Source of the DNA: an uncultured Rhodospirillaceae bacterium
GTDB lineage: Bacteria; Pseudomonadota; Alphaproteobacteria; GCA-2731375
DNA length: 45,829 nt
Reading direction: 5' to 3'
Assembly (NCBI GenBank): GCA_964462145.1
Contig: CAYWYB010000003.1
Span: forward strand, 1-45,829
In this document: piece by piece, positions 38,117 to 45,829 of the stretch
How the letters are laid out: the number at the start of each line of letters is the position of its first letter
How positions within the stretch are numbered: position 1 is the stretch's first letter
The notes under the pieces: model-generated
Databases searched by the model: none
Told to the model about the DNA's origin: nothing
What the model saw: only the letters and a program-made list of their open reading frames with translations
Made by a program: the position numbers and the translations under genes

Positions 38117-39016
38117 ATGACAATGACTGATCAGCTGACCCAGGAGATTGCGGCGTTGGAAGCCGCGGCCCGGGAAACAGAGGCGCGCTTTGAATTCATC
38201 GACGACTTCGCCTATCCGCCCGGTGTCCAGATGGCGGTGAATTTCACCGCGGATTTTGACGCCATGTTGTTGCGCCGGCTGTTGAAGGAACCGCCGATGC
38301 AGTTGGCCCAAGGTGAATTCGGCGGCCGGGTCGGGATCTGGCGCCTGATCGAATTGTTTAATTCCCATGACATCAAGGCGACGGTGTTTACGCCGGGGCG
38401 GATTTGCGAGCTTTATCCAAAAGCCGTCGCCGCCGTCACCGCCAATGGCCACGAGGTTGCGGATCATATGTGGGAACATCAGGTGCCCAAGGATCTGCAA
38501 CTGGAAGCGGAGCATCTACGAAAATCCACCCAGGCCCTGACCGCCACCGCCGGCAAGCGCCCCGTGGGCACCCGCAGCTGGCACAGCCAGTCCCTGCTGA
38601 TCGAGGAAGGTTATATCTACAATTCCCACGGCACAGCCCATCACCGGCCCTACTATGTCAGCGACAAGGATGGCGGTAACCGCCTTTTGAACATCCCGTT
38701 CCACTACGCCATTGATGACGCCATGTTCTTTTCCTTCGCCTGGCTGGCCTCGGAAAATGCCGCCCAGCGCATTACCGAGCCCGAACGCGTCATGGATATG
38801 TGGTGGGATGCCTTCCTGCAGCAGTACCGCCAGGGCGGTTACCTGAATGTTTGCCTGCATCCATTTGTCTCGGGCCGTGCCATGCGGATCGAGGCGCTGG
38901 ATAAGTTGATCAACCGAATGAAAACCCTGCCAGGTGTCTGGTTCCCAAGTTGCGAGGAGATGGCCCGCCATTGCTTGGAAAACCATCCCGCCCAACGATC
39001 CATGGGAGTGCAGTAG
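38117..39016 (+). CDS. CE4 polysaccharide deacetylase family protein (PuuE/PgdA-like)
   Basis: ADFDA, EVADHMWEH, GTRS, LHPFVSGR; AGGAGG RBS. Confidence 0.85.
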   Translation: MTMTDQLTQEIAALEAAARETEARFEFIDDFAYPPGVQMAVNFTADFDAMLLRRLLKEPPMQLAQGEFGGRVGIWRLIELFNSHDIKATVFTPGRICELYPKAVAAVTANGHEVADHMWEHQVPKDLQLEAEHLRKSTQALTATAGKRPVGTRSWHSQSLLIEEGYIYNSHGTAHHRPYYVSDKDGGNRLLNIPFHYAIDDAMFFSFAWLASENAAQRITEPERVMDMWWDAFLQQYRQGGYLNVCLHPFVSGRAMRIEALDKLINRMKTLPGVWFPSCEEMARHCLENHPAQRSMGVQ

Positions 39017-39955
39017 ATGCCCTGGAAACAAAACTATACCGCAACCGACGAAGTCAGCCTGAAGGATGACGAAGTTAACTGGCCCGGCGGCCGCCGCTGT
39101 TGTGTCGCCGTCAATGTAGATTTGAGCCTGGCGCGGGGGCCTGACGGCATTGTCCCGGCGGATCTGTCGGACTATCGCGCCATGTTCGGCCTGCATGAGG
39201 GCATGAACCAGGTACTGGCCACCCTGGCGCGCTATGACATCAAGGCGACTTTCACCGTGCCGGCGGCCATGGCCAATATGCTCAAGGATACTCTGCGCGA
39301 GTTGACTGTTAATGGCCATGAAGTGGCGCCGCACGGTTTCAAGCATGAAGACGTCAGCGGTTTAAGCCGGGAGGATGAAAAGGCCCGCATGGATCTGGCG
39401 ACCGAGATCATGACCGATGTGCTGGGCCAGCGTCCCAAGGGCTGGTATTCCTTGCCCCGGCAAAGCGATCCCTTCGCGGTCGGCACCATCAGCCCGAATA
39501 CCGCCGAGTTGCTGATCGAGGCCGGCTATAGCTACATGGGCAGCGGCCTGTCGGATGATATCCCGCACTATTGGGTGGCGGATTTCGAGAAACGCAGCGC
39601 CATTCTGACCCTGCCGTATTTCTATCATTTCGACGATCAGTTCTTTCTGCTGTTCCCGGCCAAGGGCACGGGATTGGAACATGCCGATACGCTGTTCGCC
39701 AACTGGCGGGCGGAGTTCGATGCGCAATACAGGCGCGGGCGGCATTTTAATATGACCCTGCATCCATATGCCATCGGCTGGGCCCATCGCCTGAAACTGT
39801 TGGAAGATTTCTTCGCCTACGTGCGCGGCTTTCCCGATGTCTGGAATGCCACCGGCAGCCAGATCTCCGATCATTGGCAGGCGAACTATCCGGCCAGCAG
39901 CCATCTGCGCCTGGAAGACAGCATCTGGCAGGATTATCCGGGCAGCTTGAGCTAG
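39017..39955 (+). CDS. CE4 polysaccharide deacetylase family protein, divergent active site
   Basis: WPGG.R.., ATFTVP, EVAPHGFKHE, DDIPHY, LHPY.IG. Confidence 0.82.
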   Translation: MPWKQNYTATDEVSLKDDEVNWPGGRRCCVAVNVDLSLARGPDGIVPADLSDYRAMFGLHEGMNQVLATLARYDIKATFTVPAAMANMLKDTLRELTVNGHEVAPHGFKHEDVSGLSREDEKARMDLATEIMTDVLGQRPKGWYSLPRQSDPFAVGTISPNTAELLIEAGYSYMGSGLSDDIPHYWVADFEKRSAILTLPYFYHFDDQFFLLFPAKGTGLEHADTLFANWRAEFDAQYRRGRHFNMTLHPYAIGWAHRLKLLEDFFAYVRGFPDVWNATGSQISDHWQANYPASSHLRLEDSIWQDYPGSLS

Positions 39956-39958
39956 GCG

Positions 39959-41527
39959 TCACTTTTTCTGCTTATTTCGCAACATCAACGCGGGCACCAA
40001 GGCGCAGACGAAGACCACGGCGATCATCATATAGCCGTCCTTGAAGCCCAGGGTATTGGCTTGCGCCTCGATCACCTGGCCCAAAAAATGCAGAGAGCCG
40101 GGACGCAGCAGGCCCTCGGGCGCGCCGCCATGGGTGAGTAGGTTTCTGACGTGGTTGAGGAGCTCCCGGCTGGCGGCGTTGTCATAGGTCTGGGTCACGG
40201 TCAGCGCGACCGCATGCATGTCGATCCGCTCCTCCATGAAAACCACCAGGAGATTGACCCCGAATGCGCCGCCCATCAGGCGGATGAAATTGATCGTGCC
40301 TGAACCATTGTTAAGTTTATCGGGGGGCAGGGCGCCAAGGGCCGAGACGTTGATCGCCGGCAGCATGATGCTTTGCCCGATACGGCCGACGATCACATAG
40401 ATGACCAGGGTGACGAAGGCAGTGTTGACGTCGGTCTGATGCAACAATAGCGCGCCAAGGGCGAACAGCAGCAGGCCAACCATGGTCAGGATATATGCGG
40501 GAAAGGTATCGACCATGCGGCCGGCGATGGGAAAGAACAACATCACGACCAGGCCGGCAGGTGCCGAGACCAGGCCCGCCGCCGTCGGGGTGAAATTCTG
40601 CACGGTCTGCACGAACACCGGCACGATATAGGTGGAGGCGAAATTACCGGCCCCGAAGACAAAGCCAAGCGCTGCCGCGGCGGCGAATTGTTTATGGCGA
40701 AAGACCGAGAAATCAAGGATCGGCGCCGCCGAGCGTAATTGCGAAACGACGAAGGCGACGGAAAGGCAAATCCCGGTGAAGCCAAGCAGCATGGTCTTGT
40801 CGGACCACCAGCCATCGCGCGGGCCGCCGGCGATGGCGCTCATGGTGCAGACAATGGCACCGACGATCAGGCCGTATCCGGCCCAATCGAAGGGCAGGCG
40901 TTCCGTGTCCGCGTCCCGGCTCGGCATGAACAGACTGCCGAGCATAAGCGACAGGCCGGCGATGGGCAGGGGAATGAAGAACAGATAGCGCCAGCCCATG
41001 GCATCAATCGTGAGGCCCCACACCACTGGGACCATGATCGCCGCCAGCATGATGCCCATGCCGTAGATGGCCAATGCCAGGCCCCGCTGTTGCGGCGGGA
41101 AAACCCGAAAGATAGTGGCCATAGCGATCGGTTGCACGACGCCGGCGGCCATGCCCTGCAAGACCCGCGCGGCGATCAGCATATCCATGTTCGGCGCCCC
41201 GGCCCCAAGCAGGGAGCCCGCGATGAAAAGGGCGACGGCGCCTAGGTATCCGCCCCTCGGCCCGACAATCGAAATGACCCAGGCGCCGAGCAATTGACTG
41301 GCCGTCATGGCGGAAAGGAAAGCCGTTGACATCCACTGCGCCTGGCTTTGCCCAACGCCGTAGGTGCCCATGATCGAAGGCACGGCGACGTTCACCATGG
41401 TTGATGACAAAATCATCGTCATGGCGGCGGTCATTCCCGTCAGGGTGACAATCCATCGATACGCTGGACCGTAGCGTTCGAGCAGTGTCTCAATACTATC
41501 CGTCGCCAATCCAACCCGTACTTTCAC
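39959..41527 (-). CDS. DHA2 family MFS efflux permease (EmrB/QacA-like)
   Basis: TMVNVAVP, ARVLQG, FPPQQRGLA, WRYLF, LPFDW.G; multi-TM. Confidence 0.9.
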   Translation of the reverse strand: MKVRVGLATDSIETLLERYGPAYRWIVTLTGMTAAMTMILSSTMVNVAVPSIMGTYGVGQSQAQWMSTAFLSAMTASQLLGAWVISIVGPRGGYLGAVALFIAGSLLGAGAPNMDMLIAARVLQGMAAGVVQPIAMATIFRVFPPQQRGLALAIYGMGIMLAAIMVPVVWGLTIDAMGWRYLFFIPLPIAGLSLMLGSLFMPSRDADTERLPFDWAGYGLIVGAIVCTMSAIAGGPRDGWWSDKTMLLGFTGICLSVAFVVSQLRSAAPILDFSVFRHKQFAAAAALGFVFGAGNFASTYIVPVFVQTVQNFTPTAAGLVSAPAGLVVMLFFPIAGRMVDTFPAYILTMVGLLLFALGALLLHQTDVNTAFVTLVIYVIVGRIGQSIMLPAINVSALGALPPDKLNNGSGTINFIRLMGGAFGVNLLVVFMEERIDMHAVALTVTQTYDNAASRELLNHVRNLLTHGGAPEGLLRPGSLHFLGQVIEAQANTLGFKDGYMMIAVVFVCALVPALMLRNKQKK

Positions 41528-41646
41528 GTCATGGGCGGCTCGTGAAGGTGCCTGCCCTCGATTTTGTTTTTCCTAATGCACATTATGGCCCAGGCACGGG
41601 CAATCCGGTAGGGTGATGGCGAGCAATTATTTGTATGGAGCCTGTC

Positions 41647-44100
41647 ATGCCCAAGTCCCTGCCCAATCATGCCTCGGTCGTCATTGTCGGCGGCGGTGTC
41701 GTCGGTTGTTCCATCGCCTATCACCTGGTCAAACTGGGCATCAGCGATGCTCTGTTGCTGGAGCGTAAACAGCTGTCATCGGGCACCACCTGGCATGCGG
41801 CCGGTCTGGTGGGGCAGCTGCGGGCGACCCAGAATTTGACCCAGTTGGCGAAGTACTCGACCGAGCTTTATGCCGGCTTGGAAGCCGAGACGGGGCAAGC
41901 CACGGGCTTTAAACAGAACGGCTCCATTTCCTTGGCCACCAACAACGAGCGGTTGGAGGAACTGCGCAGGGGCGCCTCCATGGCGCGGGTGTTCGGCCTG
42001 GCGGTAGACGAGATCGATCAGGACGATATTCGCCGGATGTATCCCCTGTTGAACGTGGATGACGTGGTCGGCGGCGTGTTCCTGCCCAAGGATGGCCAGA
42101 TCAACCCGACGGATCTGACCCAGGCCCTGGCCAAGGGCGCGCGGATGGGCGGTGCGACCGTGCTGGAAAACACCAAGGTCACGGATATCCTGGTTGAGCA
42201 GGGCAAAGTCACCGGCGTCGCCGTCGGCGGCGAACGGGTCAGCGCCGATATCGTAGTCAATTGCACGGGCATGTGGGGCCGGGAGGTGGGCGCCATGACC
42301 AAGGCCCTGGTGCCCCTGCATGCCTGCGAGCATTTCTACGTAGTGACGGAGCCGATCGAAGGCGTGCACGCCGGCCTGCCAGTGCTGCGCGATACGGATA
42401 ATTACGCCTATTACAAGGAAGATGCGGGCAAGATCCTGCTGGGTGCGTTCGAACCCGATGCCAAGCCGTGGGGTATGGAAGGTATTTCGGAAGATTTTTG
42501 TTTTGATGAACTGCCCAATGACATGGATCATTTCATGCCGGTGCTGGAACGCGCCATGAACCGCTTGCCGGCGCTGGAACATACGGGTATCCGAACCTGG
42601 TTCTGCGGTCCGGAAAGCTTCACCCCCGATAACCGTTATCACCTTGGCGAAGTGCCAGAGACCAAGGGCCTGTTCGTGGCCTGTGGTTTCAACTCCATCG
42701 GCATTCAATCGGCGGGCGGCGTGGGCAAGGTGATGGCCGAATGGATCCGTGACGGATACGCACCGCTGGACCTTTGGGACGTGGATATCCGCCGTACCCT
42801 GCCGCATCAAAGCAATGCCCGTTTTCTGCGTGAACGGGTCAGTGAATGCCTCGGTTTGCTCTACGCGACGCACTGGCCGTTCTATCAATACCGCACAGCC
42901 AGAGGGGTGCGGAAATCACCCCTGCATGACCGACTGGTCCAGGCCGGCGCCTGTTTTGGCGAGGCGGCGGGCTGGGAGCGGGCCAATTGGTATGCGCCCG
43001 GCGAAACCGCGCCTGAATATGAATACAGCTATGGCCGGCAGAATTGGTTCGAATATTGGGCCGCCGAGCATATGGCAGTGCGCGAGGGCGTGGCGATGTT
43101 TGAACAAACGTCGTTCGCCAAGTTTCAATTGGCTGGCCGGGACGCCTTGGCGGTGCTGAACCAGGTCTGCGCCAATCAGGTTGATGTGCCCGTGGACCGA
43201 ACGGTCTATACCCAGTGGCTCAATGAACGCGGCGGTATCGAGGCCGACCTGACGGTAACCCGTACGGGCGAAAGCGAATTCCTGATTGTCACCTCCGGCA
43301 CCTCGCAAATGCGCGATTACCATTGGCTGAAAGCACATATTCCCGATGACGCCCATGCCTATCTGACCGATATCACCTCGGCCCAGGCCGTGCTGTCGAT
43401 CATGGGGCCGAAATCAAGGGAATTGCTGGCTTCGATCACGGATACGGACATGAGCAACGATGCCTTTCCGTTCGGTGCCTCCCGCCAGATCGATATCGGA
43501 TATGCCACCCTGCGCGCCACCCGTCTGACCTATGTGGGGGAACTTGGCTGGGAGCTATATATTCCGTCTGAGCTTGCCCAAGGGGTCTATGATGAAATCG
43601 TCGCGGCGGGGGCTGAATTCGGCCTGCGCCATGCCGGTTATCACGCCCTGGATTCCCTGCGTATGGAGAAGGCCTATCGCCACTGGGGCCACGACATCAC
43701 TGATGAAGATACCCCGATCGAGGCCGGCTTGAGTTTCGCCGTGGCCTGGGACAAGGAGGGCGGTTTCATCGGGCGCGAGGCACTGCTGCGCCAGCGCGAG
43801 ACGGGGCCGCGGCAACGGCTGGTGCAATTCAAATTAACCGACCCGGAAAAACTGCTGTACCACAATGAACCGATCTGGCGTGACGGCGTTATCGTCGGGT
43901 ATCTGCGCTCTGGCAGTTACGGCCATGGCCTGGGTGCGGCCATCGGCCTCGGATACATCTGTGATCCGGACGGCGGCGTTGTCGATGCCGCGTTCGTCAA
44001 TTCGGGCAGCTATGCCATCGAGGTGGCTTGCGAACAGGTTGCGGCGACCGCCTCGTTGCGGCCCCTCTATGATCCGAAAAGCGCACGTATCAAGGCCTGA
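41647..44100 (+). CDS. GcvT-family FAD oxidoreductase (dimethylglycine/sarcosine dehydrogenase-like)
   Basis: VGGGVVG, GTTWHAAG, GPESFTPD, GWERANW, TYVGELGWE, LRMEKAY. Confidence 0.92.
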   Translation: MPKSLPNHASVVIVGGGVVGCSIAYHLVKLGISDALLLERKQLSSGTTWHAAGLVGQLRATQNLTQLAKYSTELYAGLEAETGQATGFKQNGSISLATNNERLEELRRGASMARVFGLAVDEIDQDDIRRMYPLLNVDDVVGGVFLPKDGQINPTDLTQALAKGARMGGATVLENTKVTDILVEQGKVTGVAVGGERVSADIVVNCTGMWGREVGAMTKALVPLHACEHFYVVTEPIEGVHAGLPVLRDTDNYAYYKEDAGKILLGAFEPDAKPWGMEGISEDFCFDELPNDMDHFMPVLERAMNRLPALEHTGIRTWFCGPESFTPDNRYHLGEVPETKGLFVACGFNSIGIQSAGGVGKVMAEWIRDGYAPLDLWDVDIRRTLPHQSNARFLRERVSECLGLLYATHWPFYQYRTARGVRKSPLHDRLVQAGACFGEAAGWERANWYAPGETAPEYEYSYGRQNWFEYWAAEHMAVREGVAMFEQTSFAKFQLAGRDALAVLNQVCANQVDVPVDRTVYTQWLNERGGIEADLTVTRTGESEFLIVTSGTSQMRDYHWLKAHIPDDAHAYLTDITSAQAVLSIMGPKSRELLASITDTDMSNDAFPFGASRQIDIGYATLRATRLTYVGELGWELYIPSELAQGVYDEIVAAGAEFGLRHAGYHALDSLRMEKAYRHWGHDITDEDTPIEAGLSFAVAWDKEGGFIGREALLRQRETGPRQRLVQFKLTDPEKLLYHNEPIWRDGVIVGYLRSGSYGHGLGAAIGLGYICDPDGGVVDAAFVNSGSYAIEVACEQVAATASLRPLYDPKSARIKA

Positions 44101-44220
44101 CGTGCCGTGGAATAAGTTTTTGTTAATGATGTCTATTTATCTTTCTAGCCGTTGGGTGACGCATGCCCCGGTCTCTTTGGGGGAGACGCGCGTATCCGGT
44201 ATGCACATGGAGGCACCAAA

Positions 44221-44376
44221 ATGGCTAGAGCACGACGGAAAACCAGTGAAACCGCCGCTGAGTGGCAACCGGGTATCGGCCATAACAGCAATTATGCCCC
44301 GCCCGAGGAGTTGGAAGCGGAACTGGCGGCCCTGCGTGCGGCGGAAGCCGAGACAAATGAACAGAACCAGCCGTAG
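44221..44376 (+). CDS. small hypothetical protein, 51 aa, with PGIGHNS motif
   Basis: GGAGG at 44209-44213, 7 nt before ATG; basic N-terminus, acidic helical C-terminus. Confidence 0.6.
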   Translation: MARARRKTSETAAEWQPGIGHNSNYAPPEELEAELAALRAAEAETNEQNQP

Positions 44377-44397
44377 CTAATCGAATATCTTTATGAA

Positions 44398-45021
44398 GTG
44401 CGCTTTCATCAGGGCGGCAGCCTGACAACGGGTGAGCTTGAAGCCTTTGATATGAAACATGCGCAGCGCCAGCTGCGGGTTATTCTGGGTCTCACCCAAT
44501 TGCCAACCGACACCCGCATTGTCGAAAAGAACATTGTCGAGGAAGAACAACGCCAACGTAATGCCGAGCGTAACCGCCGGCTTCTCCGCACCTTGACTGC
44601 CCATCACCGCTGGTTACAGGGTGACAGCGATGGCGTTCGGGCCGATCTTTCCGATGAGAATTTAAGCGACGTCAATCTCGAAGGCCGTGATTTGAGCCAC
44701 GTCAGCCTGACCAATGCTAAATTGTCCGGCGCCCGTTTGCGCGGGGCCAAACTGGTGGGCGCCGATTTGACCGGCGCGGATTTAAGCGGCGCCAATCTGA
44801 CCGACACCAACCTGTCTTCCGCGTCCCTGACCGAGGCGAACCTGATCGAGGCTGATCTGTCGGCGGCCAATCTGCAAGGCACGGATCTGTGGCGCGCCAA
44901 TCTGGCCCGCAGCATCATTTCGCCTGAAAGCCTGCATCAGGCCCTCAACTGCGAGGCGCCGGCCTGGGCCGAAGCCAAAACCGGGTCTTCGCACAGTTGG
45001 TTTTCCGACCGGCATGGTTGA
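44398..45021 (+). CDS. pentapeptide repeat protein (alternative start ATG 44452)
   Basis: tandem A(D/N/K)LxG-type pentapeptides preceded by H.RWL....G.RADL. Confidence 0.85.
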   Translation: MRFHQGGSLTTGELEAFDMKHAQRQLRVILGLTQLPTDTRIVEKNIVEEEQRQRNAERNRRLLRTLTAHHRWLQGDSDGVRADLSDENLSDVNLEGRDLSHVSLTNAKLSGARLRGAKLVGADLTGADLSGANLTDTNLSSASLTEANLIEADLSAANLQGTDLWRANLARSIISPESLHQALNCEAPAWAEAKTGSSHSWFSDRHG

Positions 45022-45218
45022 GGCGAATTAGCAGCGGCACCAACTAGCTCTGCTCGGTTGCGGCCAGGCTTCCTGGCGGCGGTTTTTCAGGTTCCAACTC
45101 CAAAATTGAATTCGTCATTTGGCGCTTGCGCCATGGCATGGCATCATTGTGCCAGATTTTGATAACCGGAATTTGATAGAGGGCGCCCTGGGGCGGCCCG
45201 CAATGGAGTGCCTGTCTG

Positions 45219-45829
45219 ATGAAAGCTGTTGAAGCGATTGTTGAAATTCTTAAACGGGAAGGGGTTGAATGTCTGATCGGCTATCCCGTCAATCATATTC
45301 TCGAGTATGCCGCCCGCTGGGATATCCGGCCCATCATTGTACGTCAGGAGCGTATCGGCCTGCATATGGCGGATGCCATGTCGCGGCTATCCTCAGGCAA
45401 GAAAGTCGGTGTCTTCGCCATGCAGCACGGCCCCGGCGCCGAGAATGCCTTTGGCGGCGTGGCCCAGGCCTTTGGCGAGGGCGTGCCGATCCTGGTGCTG
45501 CCCATGGGTTATGCCCGGCGCATCGCCCATATTCGCCCCAACTTCAATTCGACCGAGGCCATGTCCCATGTGGCCAAGACCACGGAACCGGTAACCTCCG
45601 CCGATGAAGTCCCGAACATCATGCGCCGGGCCTTTACCCAGCTGCGCAACGGCCGGGGCGGGCCCTGCGTCGTGGAAGTCCCCACCGACGTCTTTAACGA
45701 GGAACTGTCCGGCGAGCTGGATTACACACCTGTTTCCGGCACCCGTTATGGCCCTGATCCAGCAGACGTTGCCAAGGCCGCGAAAACCCTGGTCGAGGCC
45801 AAGAATCCGGTGATCTACGCCGGCGGCGG
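45219..45829 (+). CDS. thiamine pyrophosphate-requiring enzyme (acetolactate synthase-like), truncated by window end
   Basis: own translation MKAVEAIVEILKREGVE..GYPVN..VRQERIG.HMADA..QHGPGAEN..NGRGGP..VEVP; missing from the ORF track because it has no stop. Confidence 0.9.
   Translation, partial: MKAVEAIVEILKREGVECLIGYPVNHILEYAARWDIRPIIVRQERIGLHMADAMSRLSSGKKVGVFAMQHGPGAENAFGGVAQAFGEGVPILVLPMGYARRIAHIRPNFNSTEAMSHVAKTTEPVTSADEVPNIMRRAFTQLRNGRGGPCVVEVPTDVFNEELSGELDYTPVSGTRYGPDPADVAKAAKTLVEAKNPVIYAGG

Noticed and set aside
39014-39016. Pyrrolysine recoding of the in-frame TAG
   Set aside because: No pyl genes in the window, TAG ends many other genes here, and the downstream ATG has its own RBS
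44640-44910. 15-nt periodicity resembling a DNA repeat array
   Set aside because: Explained by pentapeptide coding repeats; no CRISPR-like repeat-spacer structure
45063-45087. GCCAGG/CCTGGC hairpin as a terminator
   Set aside because: Short stem with a 3-nt loop and a T-tract offset from the stem; too weak to call

Overview
GC-rich bacterial chromosome segment. Gene content (aapJQMP divergent from metC, cysK-alaX-sseA, a DivJ/PleC-type kinase) points to an alphaproteobacterium; this is inference from gene families only. About 40 CDS; no rRNA, tRNA, CRISPR array, IS, integrase or prophage structural genes recognised. Left to right: an uncharacterised sugar/cyclitol-type catabolic operon (two Gfo/Idh/MocA, DUF993, enolase-superfamily, TIM-barrel isomerase, HpcH aldolase); a class III cyclase-STAND ATPase-TPR protein; an acyltransferase; modABC behind metC; aapJQMP; a tandem-GNAT/sseA/alaX/cysK block; nudF, CPA1 antiporter, Sel1 protein and a DivJ/PleC-like kinase; acyl-CoA ligase, GT87 and a PAS-EAL protein; a lone superinfection-immunity gene, SDR and USP; GMC oxidoreductase, VOC, paired CE4 deacetylases, DHA2 MFS, GcvT-family oxidoreductase, pentapeptide protein and a truncated TPP enzyme. 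The best candidate for an undescribed system is 24.8-28.6 kb. There a DivJ/PleC-like pseudokinase (phosphoacceptor His replaced by Asp, degenerate G1 box) lies upstream of an exported Sel1 fusion protein. It is divergent from an unannotated 43-aa single-TM protein with a sigma54-type promoter motif and a structured 3' end. All family calls come from motif recognition without database searches.
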